In this document: piece by piece, positions 10,692 through 22,001 of the stretch
How positions within the stretch are numbered: position 1 is the stretch's first letter
How the letters are laid out: each line of letters opens with the position of its first letter
From: Dicyema japonicum
Lineage: Eukaryota > Animalia > Dicyemida
Assembly (NCBI GenBank): GCA_011109175.1
Contig: RDEW01000043.1
Coordinates: forward strand, 124,001-188,000
Reading direction: 5' to 3'
DNA: 64,000 nt
The notes under the pieces: generated by a model
Seen by the model: the letters and a program-made list of their open reading frames with translations, nothing else
Database searches by the model: none
What the model was told of the DNA's origin: nothing
Program-made: the position numbers and the translations under genes

Positions 10692-13551
10692 ATGGTCTTG
10701 TGGTTCACTTATTTTTAGCCTCAACTCGAAGTAACTGAAATAGAAGATCTTATGAAGAAGCCTGATAATGTCAGGAACATCTCCATCATTGCACACGTTG
10801 ATCACGGGAAATCTACCGTCACGGACTCTCTTGTTTGTAAAGGTGGAATCATCCCAATGCACAAAGCTGGAGACATGCGTTATACTGATACGCGTGCTGA
10901 TGAACAGGAGAGATGCATTACCATCAAATCAACGTAAAGATGATTCATAAAAATTTAGTGCCATTTCTTTGCAGTTCGATGTGGGTATAAACGGTGGTGA
11001 AAAAGAGAAATATCTCATCAACTTGATTGATTCACCTGGACACGTTGACTTTTCTTCTGAAGTAACTGCTGCTCTCAGAGTAACAGACGGGGCTGTCGTC
11101 GTTGTTGAATGCAATTCTGGTAAGAATGGCGGACAATTTACCATTTGAGAGTCGATAATCGATTTTATGTGGTTAGCTAAGTATTTCTATATTACACGTG
11201 TATTTGATTACTTAAATCGCGAGACTAAATTAAAATTTAAATAATCAATACTTTTAGGTATCTGTGTGCAGACTGAAACTGTCTTGAACCAATCGTTGAT
11301 GGATAGAGTGAAGCCCGTTTTATTCCTTAACAAATTGGATCTAATGTTAATCACATTGAATATGCAGGGAGAAGAGATGTACAATACGTTCCTTCGTATC
11401 ATCGAAAGTTTTAACGCGCTGATTGCGCAAGGATCTGGAGATGTGGAGACGGGGAAGAACTCCAGATCAGTGTCTTGAAGGGGGACTGTGGATTTGGCTC
11501 AGCTCTCCAAGGATGGGGATTTACTATACCCCTAATTGCCGAGTACTATGCAAACAAATTTGGAGTCAAGAAAGAGAAGATGGTTGAAAGGTTATGGGGA
11601 GACAAATTCCGTACACCTGCTGGAAAGTGGGTTAACGATGAAACTGCCGGAGTTCGAGGGATTGTTGAACTCGTGTTTGAACCAATTCGTAAGGTTGGGA
11701 TGTATTTTTATTCCAGCTTATAAAAGCATGTGGTAGTCCTGATACCTCCAAGAATGCTATAGCAATGGCTGAAAAATTGGGAATAAAAATCAGCCAGGAG
11801 GACAGTATGTTAACCGGAAAGCCTTTGATCAAAAAAATCATGGGTAAATGGATGCCTTTGGGGGAAGCAATCGTCCGAATGGTTGTGGAACATCTGCCAT
11901 CGCCAGTAACAGCACAGAAATACAGAGTTAATCATCTGTATACTGGCGATTTGAACGATGCTGCTGCAAATGGTAAGGGGTAATATAATATGCAGGCATA
12001 CGTAACTGTGATCCAAATGGTCCTTTGGTTCTCTTTATATCGAAGATGGTCCCTTATGATAAAGGCCGTTTCCTGTGTATGGGACGGGTATATTCTGGGA
12101 CTGTAACGGGGAACCAAAAAGTGAAGATTATCACCAACACTGACAGCGCTGAGAGTCATAAGATTAACAAAACCTTATCGAGGTATTTAGTTATATTACT
12201 TCAGGGTGGTAATGATGGGTGCCAGGCAGAATCCCGAGCAGTTGACAAGTGCACCTGCAGGAAATATTATTGGGATTGTTGGAATCGACAAGCACGTCAT
12301 GAAGACTGCCACTGTGTCTGATCACGTTGACTGTGCCCCAATCAGACAGATGAAATTCAGTGTCTCTGCTGTTGTGCGGGTTGCAGTCAGTCCTAAGAAC
12401 ACTGCTGATCTTCCCAAATTAATTGATGGACTCGTCAAATTGAAGAAGTCGGATCCTATGGTCGAGGTAATATGAAATTTTGAACCTTTTCAGATTCACA
12501 GCTCAGAATCTGGTGAACATGTTATTGCTGGTGCGGGAGAACTCCATCTGGAGATTTGTCTCAAAGATTTGGAGGAAGAGCATGCCTGTATTGAGATCGT
12601 CAAAAGCAAACCTGTCGTATCATATAGGGAGACCTGTACTGGAGCATCAGCTGTTAAGCTTACAAAGAGCCCTAACCAACATAATCGTTTGTATTTGGTT
12701 TCGAGGGCTATGAATGATGATTTGGTTGATGAAATGGAGTCGGTTAGTTAGTGTAATTATTTGTAGGGACGACTCATATGGGGAAGTGATATCAAAGAGC
12801 GAGCAAAAACTTTGGAACAGTTTGGTATTGATCCTGCAGTTTCCAAACGTGCATGGAGCTTCGGATGCGATCCTACAATCGCCAATTTTTTGGCTGATAG
12901 CACGAAGGGAGCTCAGTTCATTGCTGAGATTAAAGATTCGTGTCTTGCCGGATTCGGTGCAGCCATACGAAATGTAGTTGATTGTTTCATTTTAGGGACC
13001 GTTGTGTCATGAAAGCATGAGAGGAGTACAGGTGGAATTACGTGATGTCACTCTTCACGCTGACTCGATACACCGAGGAGATAATCAAATTGCGGATCCT
13101 ATGAGAAGAGGAGTTCTTGGAACATACCTTGAGGCCAGTCCAGTTTTGGTTGAGCCAGTTTATGTCGTAGAAGTGCAGGTAATGAATAATTTTATTGTAG
13201 TGTCCTTATGAATCTATGGGGGGAGTTATGTCTACTCTCAGCAGAAGAGGAGGAACAATTATTTCCCAAGATGAGGCACCCATGCCAGGTCAGCAGATTC
13301 TTACTGCTCATTTGGCTGTTAATAAGTCGTTCGGTTTGTGTTTTTCATTATGTTTAGGTTTTACTGGTGATTTGAGACAAAACACTCAGGGGAAGGCGTT
13401 CCCTCAGATGAGATTTGATCATTGGAGAAAAATAATAGAAGATCCGTTTACTCCTGGAACATCTGTCAATCAGATTGTTCTAGAGATCAGAAAGAGGAAA
13501 GGGATGAAGGAGGCACTTCCGAAGAGCTCGGACTTCTTGGATATCTTATAA
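10692..13551 (+). CDS. EEF2: Eukaryotic translation elongation factor 2 (divergent), 11 canonical introns plus one anomalous junction
   Basis: Spliced product M|[33 protein letters not shown]...[21 protein letters not shown]...NKLD...HLPSP...[14 protein letters not shown]...HADSIHRG...FDHW. GT-AG introns of 24, 25, 138, 23, 23, 22, 27, 24, 22, 22 and 24 nt restore the frame; one extra shift remains at ~11450. Confidence 0.97.
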
Positions 13552-13999
13552 TTTAGAATTATTTACCTTTTGATTTGTTTATTAGAGTTATGGATATTTA
13601 TTTTGTTTTAATGCTTCTTATTACGTTTTTATATGTTGTAATTATATTATGTCAATCTCCTTTTTCTAAATTTAATTAAATTTTTATTCTGTATAATATT
13701 TAATTAGATTTATATATTTTATAGTAATAATATATTGCTAATTTTTTTGAATTTGTCATTTTTGTAAAAAAAATCTCAATTGTTTAATGAACACAATTAA
13801 ATTGTGTTTCAGATGTCCCTTAATTCTAAAAAATAAATATTATGTGCGCTTCGCGCTCGTGACATATCATCTTAACATTAGGATCTTTGTAGTTGTGACT
13901 CATAGCTACTATTTTTTTCTTAATAGCATTGAGCTTTACAACTGCTAGTGAAAATGACAACAGTGAAATTTTTTATCATAAAATTAACCTCTTGTCGGA

Positions 14000-15270
14000 C
14001 CAGATCTACCATTTGGCCTCTCTTGCAATAAGAGTGCAGGCTGATCTCCCAGACACATGACATTGAACTAAGTCGTTTCCAACCTTAAGACGTCGCCGTA
14101 CACGCTTCCATGCTCGAACCATTCGGTCTTAGCAAGCGTGACGGGAAACAATCAGATGGGATGACAATCTTCCCCTTTGAACTCTTGAAACCTCTTGCCT
14201 GAGATGTGCCTGCACCGACACGTTTTCCCGGTGCAACCTACTACTAAAAGTGCCTTTGGAATCTGAGAATCCCGAGAGGTTAAAACGGGAAAAGTACTCG
14301 GTCCTACCCAAGAATTTTTGCTTGTTCAACTAGCCGTTGAGACGTCTGGTTCCCTTTCACCTGCGACGCTGGTATCGGATTTCTACATGATAAAAAGATC
14401 TTCCTGAACGCTGCTGATTATTTTCAATCTATCAGATGGTTAGTTAGGTGCTGAGGTTTCGATATTGTAAAGCTGTTACACACAACGATGTTTTCTGGCT
14501 TACCCACTGTGGAACCAGTATTCTAAAGTCATTTTTTGTTAGAAATCCTATTTTAGGCATCCTGCATGATAAAAAATTAATTAAGTCTAATTAACTGAAT
14601 CTTCCAGCTGCCAGCGAACAGATGGGATATCCACACAGACGGTTGACATATTTCTGTTCCTCTCCAAGGTGAACCGTTTATTTTCCTCCAATTTGAGTCA
14701 GACAGGATTCAAACTCAGGTTCCTTACATCCGGAACTTCTTGTATCCGATACTTTCTAAAATGGGAGGTTATGTCCACCTTAAGAAAGCAAAGAGATTAA
14801 GTGTATCGAAACTATGTGTCATAATGTATTATGCCTTCTTCACCAGCTAAACCTCCCGACTAATTCCTCAGTAGTTAAATGGCCGTTTCTCATCACTAGA
14901 ACGTTGACAATTAATACTGCACTAGGATACATTAGTTTTATCAACCGCATTTTTTCGTTCTTGTAAATTAAAAACTGCTTTAATTATTTCTTTATCTTTT
15001 TTGTATTGATTTGAAGTCTAGTGGAAAGCTTTGCCAAGGTTAACTTTGCCAGTCGTCCAAAATAATACCCCAGAAACACTATCTGTTAAGGAAATTAAAT
15101 ACCGGGACGACCTATAAGATCACTGACTTACAATCGATGATCTTGGAGGAGACTGACATTTAATATTACGTATCGGGCTGCACATGTGGGTCATAGGTTT
15201 ACGTGAGAGTGCATGTTATTTTCATCATTGAAATCTATTTTGACTTTTCGTGGTTTTTTAGCTTATAAAT
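14000..15270 (-). mobile_element. Decayed LINE RT C-terminal fragments
   Basis: FLGVILDD-like motif near 15060-15090 on the minus strand; many stops. Confidence 0.3.
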
Positions 15271-15284
15271 CAGAATCTTATTTA

Positions 15285-15590
15285 TTTAATACCCCGGAAA
15301 TACCCGAAAGATGTCAAGTCAATTAACATCTAATTGGGGTATGTTCAGTTTCCACAGTCAAAGTAAGACGTGTTCTTGGCACAAACAAGCCAATCTATAT
15401 CCGTCACTGTTAGAACCCCTCCATTGGGGTAGGAAAAGAAAAGATTCTTTTTGAATGCCTCTGAACAGGTGAATGATTTAAAGAAGCCACAAAGCAAAAA
15501 AGGAATTCTTCGACCAGGTAAGCTACTTAGGAATCGAACCCAATATTTTGTCCTGAATTTCTCGGCTGCCTATAAATAAATTAGCAAAAT
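15285..15590 (-). mobile_element. SINE family 2 copy
   Basis: Minus strand has B box GGGTTCGATTCC (15531-15542), CTTACCTGGTCGAAG, a core shared with 29463-29770 (CTTTTCC..TGGAGGGGTTC), and the tail CCGGGGTATTAAATAAATA. Confidence 0.75.
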
Positions 15591-15599
15591 AAGGAACTA

Positions 15600-15830
15600 G
15601 TTTTCTGAACTATCGATTCACATTCAACCACATTGTTGTTGAGACAACTGGAGGAATAAGTAGGAAATCGTTTCGTTTCCTAAATAAACTTGGACGCCTA
15701 GCTACACTAAAAAGCTATGGCGCACGTGAGACCGGTGGCTTTTCCAGTTGATCTCTGTTGCAAGCGTGAAAGGCAACGCAATGTCGATAATGTCGGCGGG
15801 AACCACTTTTGATTGATTTTTGTGTTTTAA
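15600..15830 (+). mobile_element. CRE-like RLE C-terminal fragment
   Basis: Near-identical to 39690-39870 and 43020-43185 (AAACTTGGACGC.TAGCTACACTAAAAAGC...GGCAACGCAA.GTCGATAATGTCGGCG). Confidence 0.85.
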
Positions 15831-17149
15831 TAGTTTGATGTTTTCAGAACCAAATTAGTCCTTGAGAAATGAAAATTAAAAGATTGTCATTTTCAATTGG
15901 AAACTATTCGACTTTACTAATTTCTCGTGAAAAATCTATTATTCAATAATTCTCCTGTGCATGGTGTTCATTACACGGTGATCTGCGGTTTTTTGTTCAT
16001 AACGAGTTTTTATGGTCTCAAGGAAGGAAGTTAAGAGTTCAGCTGGGACGTGTCGGGATTGGAGATTTGGTCTTTACTCGTGAAATAGTGAAGCACTTAT
16101 TTTTCCTGACGAAGGATTGTATTTATTATGTAATATCTCGGAAGATGAGGGGGTTGTTGTTGATTTCCTTTCTAAGAGGGTGATATTTGGGTTTGTATGA
16201 TTTGAAACTCCAATTTACTGGTCGCAAAAATCGCTATTCTTAAAGTTGAAACTTTAGGGAAAACTTAATTGACTACAATTAAAGGATTCTTGTGCCATCT
16301 GTTAGCGGTATCTCGAAATTAAGTGTAGTTATTGTCTAATCTGCAGAAATTAAGTTATTATAAAGTAAACAGTGCTAATTAAGTTATGGGGAAGTAACAT
16401 GAAACGTTAGGGCTTGCCTACCGACTTCTACCAAGAAAGTCTCCCCAAGATTCAACAAACACAGGGTTATAAGTTCCAGATTTTTAGTGCGGTTTTTGAA
16501 ACTTCGAATAAGATTCTCTATAGTTCCGCCAACCTTGCACAGTTTTACCTTCAACCATGGGGAAATCGGCATACGAGGATTTCTCTCGTAAGCAAGTTTA
16601 GAGCAAACCGCGTTTTCTCAAATTTCTTGAAGTCTCTTCTTTTCGAGGATTACCATTTTTCCAAATCATATAACATTCGATGAATCTTCAAAAAGAGAGT
16701 TTAATTCTGTTTGTTATTCACAATTTTGCTAAGATTATTCGAGTATTGAATAATCTTGTTGTTTGCTTCAGAAATAAATTTCCTGGGCACCTTTATTGTG
16801 CCTCACTCAAGACAGAAATCGATTTTCAGAAGACCACGGTGAGTCATTAGAAAAGGTAGAAAAAATTGAGAACCTTACACACAAGATGTTGTACGGGATA
16901 AGATGTGGACATCACTAAAATATCAGCTCATACCTTTATAAGATTGGGTCTACAAAAAACCAAAGAGACAACAGAACATTTACTCTTCTATAAGGGCTTT
17001 CTTTGGTTCATCGGGTTCTCATCGAAAAAAATGTTGACCGGACGCTTAGTTAGCTAGGTAAATGTACCTCCACGTTACCTATAAGCATATTAATACTTAG
17101 GGTTCGGCTTGTGTGTACTCCTAACTATCCGTTCAACCAGTTTTCTCCA

Positions 17150-18880
17150 CGAAACTTTCCTCCACGCACGTCTCCGCAGTTTATCTTTGTATCGTTCCAA
17201 AAAGGTCTCTTGTTTAGTGTTCAAAGCGAGCGTAACTATCTGGAGTACCAGCTTGCCTTTCACAGGGCGGAGTTGTCTATACTAGACAATCATACTCTCC
17301 AAGGTCTTCTTTAGTGATAATGATTGATTATGAGCACATGTCCCCTCGCTGTATATTCTGAAAAGTAAGATATCACCAGACCATCCAAAGTGAGGACTAT
17401 TGGGACAACCTTTACATACGAATGGTGAATTAACCCCAATTCTTTAAACAAAAAGTCCTATTTTCTAAATTTCTCCGATTCAACTTGTAAATTTTCTGAC
17501 GATGTTACTCCCACTCCAACAAGGAATATAATACCGTTCTCTTAGTGTCGACGACTATTGAATAATAAATGTCTTTAAAAATTAATGGTGTCCACCTTGG
17601 GTCCTTTAAAAATTAATAATGTCCACCTGTCCGCCTTATTTCGACAGTCATAACCAGTTTTCACGAGTGAGCCCGTTCCTTAAACCAAACTCTCGAAAAT
17701 AAAAATTTAGACATCGCACAGTGTCATTGTGCCTCGTACGTAGTCGCTATGAGACTTGAACTATTCATTTTGAATGTGAAATGTTATTGTGCCATATTGA
17801 TCAACATTCCTCTTCCATTTCTTGCAGAACCCACAAACAGAATTACGTTCCGCAAAGAAAAATTTCTGTCCTGAATTGGACAATATAAGGCTTCAGAGCG
17901 TGGAGAATTATTTCCATTTAAAAAAAACAGTGATAAGAGTTTATAATATTCACATATCTCTCCCCCAAATTTTGTATAGGATAGAGTGGAGACTCTTATT
18001 TATTTGGTCTAAGACTAGTTCGAGTTGTAGATCACTTAGCGTCCTAATATCCAATTCAATAGTGAGACACAGTATTCATACCGAAAATATTCTTCTAGCC
18101 AAATGAGTTTTCCGTGAAATTTCGGCCTGAAGAATTGTGATACTCCCGTTACATGCCACAATCCTGTTCTTTAAATCAAGAATAACCACTTAAAGCATTT
18201 TCTCGCTCATAAAAGACAGGGATCGTAGACTTTTCCAAGAGCAAGATATAAATCTTTGTTTATTTGCTTGTTTAATCTTTACTCGATCTTTGAGTAGTTT
18301 TGACTGAGTTACTGCATCAACCATTCCACATGTCCGGCAGAGTAATAGAGTGCATATTCAATTAGTGCCCTGAAGAAGGACCCCCAATACACCCATACAT
18401 TTATATCCGTCAATTTTATCTAACAGTCTACTTTTGATAATAAAACTGAATTGGTGGCTGATCATTCCAAATTTTCATCTTCCATTATTTTCACAATAAA
18501 ATCTTTGTTATTCTGTACAGGTTTCAGATCGTCCATAGAAAAAAGGTGGTTGGTCGAGAATGAAATACCGATTGATCTTCATTTAAGATTGAAAATTTTG
18601 GCTATTTGCGGAAAGGAATCTGCTTCTGGGTCAAGAACTAACACAAAAAGTGAAGGGGGAAAGACTATCCCCCTGCAGAAACCCTCTTTCAGTACAAACA
18701 TCACAAACATCTTCATTATTTAATTTAAGCCTCACTTTCCACCTTGAAATGAGAGAGTTTATGATAACAACAATCCATTGATGAATTCTTGGTTTTTCAA
18801 GGATCTCCGTTAGAAAAATTATGATCCACGGAGTCGAAAGTTGTTTGACGTCAACATGCAGCGAACAGTCTATTTTTATT
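17150..18880 (-). mobile_element. R4/Dong-like RLE retrotransposon, decayed
   Basis: DVKQ.FDSVDH, RGFLQGDSLSP, MDDLK (RT; 18400-18870) and VGVTS...YVKVVPIVLTLDGLV (RLE; 17370-17520). Confidence 0.75.
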
Positions 18881-18959
18881 TATTTAGTAATTTGTTAATG
18901 AGGCTTGCTATCTTTAGTACCCAGACACTTTTCCTTGTACCCAGCTGATTTGCAGAGAG

Positions 18960-19195
18960 GTCTGAAGATTACCACACGCAGACAGTGCAGAGCTCATCCT
19001 CTTCCTGAACCACGAGCCCGAACAACAATAAAAAGTCATAAAACATCAAAAACGCCCTCAATTTGTACTCTAAATACCTCTTCCACCACATCGTCAGACA
19101 TGTGCTCCAATAGTCCCTCGCTGGTTGTCTGCAACTCCACTATCCTTTCCCGAAGAGCAGTCACACACTCCTTCCATAATAACGACCATTACAAA
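18960..19195 (-). pseudogene. Unprocessed duplicate of an internal Scc3/STAG segment
   Basis: Aligns to 25860-26090 with scattered substitutions, a 1-nt deletion (GAGGCTCTG to GAGCTCTG) and both intron sequences retained. Confidence 0.9.
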
Positions 19196-19214
19196 GCCTT
19201 CATATATATAAATA

Positions 19215-19530
19215 ATAATTTAATAATTAAGCACTACCGCGTTGCCATAAGCATGTAAGATGGTTTCGCTCGTGCAGAACACACACTTTATTTAAGTAAA
19301 GTTATTATAACTAATCGTAGAGGGAGAATCAAGGAATGCTCTTCACTTCTTTGTTTTTTCTTTTTTTTGTGTGTATGTCCCTTTCACTATCCAGTTCCGC
19401 AGTGAATCTCCACTGATGACGGCGTCACTCGTCAAGCCCTTTCCGCATCGTAGATGCGTGGAACCTTCCACCAGGTGAACAGCAGCGAGAATCGAACCCG
19501 TGACCTAAGCCACTTTAGCCCGACTCCCTG
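19215..19530 (-). mobile_element. SINE family 1 copy with an alternative RTE-type tail
   Basis: B box GGGTTCGATTCTC, family-1 core, tail CATGCTTATGGCAACGCGGTAGTGCTTAATTATTAAATTATTATT. Confidence 0.9.
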
Positions 19531-19694
19531 AAAAAAATTATTTTTATCCTCGATAGATCATCGTTAGGACATTCAATCTGCTTCGATATTTACAGTAATT
19601 GGACTTTTTTATTTCAGCTTTGAAATATTTGTAATTGAATATATTCTGGAAATTTTAACTTTTAATCGGATTGGTAATTCTAATTTATTAACCC

Positions 19695-20003
19695 TGGATA
19701 AGTGTAAAGAGTTCCGGACAAAAAACCTAATGGCATATAGTTCGAATCTCGTTGCTGAAGGTTAGGTTCACGCATCTACGATGTCTTGGTTTTACAAGTC
19801 ACGTCGTCACCATTGAACACCTCACTGCGGAACCGGATCTTCTATAGAGGACTCACACCTAAAAAAGTAAAAAGAGGTGAATAGAACTTTTGGGTCTTCC
19901 TCTACGATTAGATTGCAACGTGTTCTTTACTTAAAAATAAAGTGTGTGTCCTGCCCGGGAAGAGCGATAGCTTATATGACTCTGTAAAGTGTAGCTTTAT
20001 TAT
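19695..20003 (+). mobile_element. SINE family 1 copy (diverged), head-to-head with the previous copy
   Basis: GTTCGAATCTCGTTGCTG, CACGCATCTACGATG, CACTGCGGAACCGGAT, AAATAAAGTGTGTGTCCTGCC, TTATTAT tail. Confidence 0.85.
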
Positions 20004-20079
20004 ACAGCGAAAAATTAACAGTTAGCAAGTAATCAAGAATATCTAGTTCCATGTTGGCTGTCTCAAAAGACATGTTTTT

Positions 20080-20310
20080 CATAACCCCGATTGTAAGAAC
20101 TCTCAGGAAATGATTCATTGGAATAAAGGAGAGCAAATAATTTCCTATGACACCGTTTTTGCATTTGGTGCATCATGAGAAAGCCTAATCACATGACGCA
20201 TAACTATTTAAACAAAAGAAGAAAGGGACAGAGTACAGGAAAGATACCTTCTGTCATGTAGTCATCGGGAAGATTCGAACTCTCGCATACATATGACATT
20301 TTAGCTATTA
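20080..20310 (-). mobile_element. Probable SINE family 2-like copy, degenerate
   Basis: Minus strand TAGCTAAAATG...GAGTTCGAATCTTCCC (A/B-box-like) and terminal CGGGGTTATG. Confidence 0.45.
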
Positions 20311-20354
20311 TTATTAATTAGAAACAATATATTAAACATTGAGGTTATAAGTAA

Positions 20355-20810
20355 CCTTAATGGAAGTGGGCATTACCTCACAAGACGTACTAAAGCAAGT
20401 TGAAGTTGAGAAACTTCACAAATATGACTTGCTTGCAAATGAAATATCGTTACTCTATGAATGCCAAGTGAAGATTATTCAAGTGATTTTGACATGGGAT
20501 GGAGTTGTCTCAAGATGCTTCAAGAATCATATGGATAAATTATCTATTGAAGAATGAATGCGGACTTGCATCCAATCGGTTGTGCTGTAGAGAACGCTCG
20601 AAAGTATGCTCATTGAACATAAGCATGGGATGAATGTATAAGATGAAGATTACGCTTCTGCTACCTCCCAACTTGTAGAACTGGCATGCCGTGAGGATAG
20701 CCCACTGGACTCTATGAGTTATTTCGACTGAATCTGACGTGGAGATGGGGAGTAATAAGGAGTTTATGGCACATCTTTCTTCTAAGAGAAGAGCAATCTA
20801 TTAATAATAA
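20355..20810 (+). mobile_element. R4/Dong-like element, 3' end (RLE plus UTR)
   Basis: ORF 20360..20557 MEVGITSQDVLKQVEVEKLHKYDLLANEI...ILTWDGVV. Confidence 0.85.
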
Positions 20811-21780
20811 TAACACCAGAAACCACGGTTACACAAACTAACTAATCACGTGATCCCAGCACGCACTAGTAGGGGCTTCATCTTGGCCCGATGCTCCTCC
20901 TCGACCTCACACAAGCACGAATCGGTCGAGTGACTGGACCTTCACAATCACGACAACGCGTTCCATGGTTCATTCTCAACAAAACTTCAAGTGGCAACGG
21001 TAACTAAACCTCTCCAGAAATCTAGCGTTCCGTGACTTTGGAGGCTCTTCTCCGGATAGCCTCGATCTTCAAGACATACGTCCAAGAGATGAGTGGGCCC
21101 CATATACCATATGCAAAAGAGATGCATGGTTCAATGAATTGTTTATACACAGTGCTCAAACAGAATACTTTTCGTTCTTCCAGAAGCCTGTGAGGCATTT
21201 CAGAATATTAGTTTTTTTCGCATTTCATAATTACGTTTTTAACATGGGGCGAGAATGACAATTGCATGTCAAAAGTCACCCCAAGGATCCTTTGGAATTT
21301 TCTGAAAGGAATAGCTTCATTGTTTGCCTTAGTTCGACCGTCCGTCTTCCCAGTCTCTTGTCTGAAGTAAATAGGGTTGTGACGGACTTTTCACTGTTGG
21401 CTGTTAGGCGATTCTTCGATAGCCATTCGTCAAGACGGTCCAGGTTTTCTTGCAATTTCGAAGTGGCAATTTTGGATCGCGTGACGCAATGACGATGTCG
21501 TCAGCATAAGCTAGAATAATATCATTTTCGGAGTCTAGAGTGGGTCCACCATGAATAGGTTGAATAAAACTGGAGACAAAGGGGATCCTTGGGGAACCCC
21601 GTTAGGGAGAAGCCGTGAAGTAAACCTTGACTGGCCAATGCAGACGCGTCCCCTCCGACCATTAAGGAAGTTAGCTAGCCATACTTTGAGCTTTCCAGGA
21701 TTTTTGTTTGGTAAATTTTCCAAGTAAGAATCCTCCTTGACGCAGAGTCGAAAGCTTTGTAAACGTCTATGGAGCAAATA
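20805..21780 (-). mobile_element. I/Jockey-group LINE, 5'-truncated and decayed
   Basis: ANFLNGRRGRV, NGVPQGSPLSPVLFNLF, YADD; terminal LLVRAGIT*. Confidence 0.8.
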
Positions 21781-22001
21781 ATAATCTGGATCAAAATACG
21801 CTTAATTAGTTAATTTACTCGTTATTAATTTAATAATTTATTATTATTTTTTTTATAATTTTAAAATTGAAATAAATAAAGAAAAATTAATTATTATTTG
21901 GTCAACCTAAAACACACTTTTTAATAAATATATTTTATAGTGTTTAGTATTGATTTGAATTCGGTGTGTCAAATTACATCAACATTCTAAATATTATTAA
22001 A

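Noticed and set aside
13843-13860. GCGCTTCGCGC mini-hairpin as a Helitron 3' end
   Set aside because: No CTRR terminus at the expected distance and no Rep/helicase remnants.
15514-15524. CTTACCTGG (U1 snRNA 5' end-like) in the SINE2 head
   Set aside because: Only 9 nt, not conserved in the 29463 copy, and no U1 stem-loops or Sm site follow.
19411-19475. CTGATGA in SINE family 1 (also 44882) suggesting a hammerhead ribozyme
   Set aside because: It is on the antisense strand of the SINE and no stem II-GAAA-stem III-NUH arrangement follows; the sense-strand GAAA/TTGACGA pair lacks stem III.
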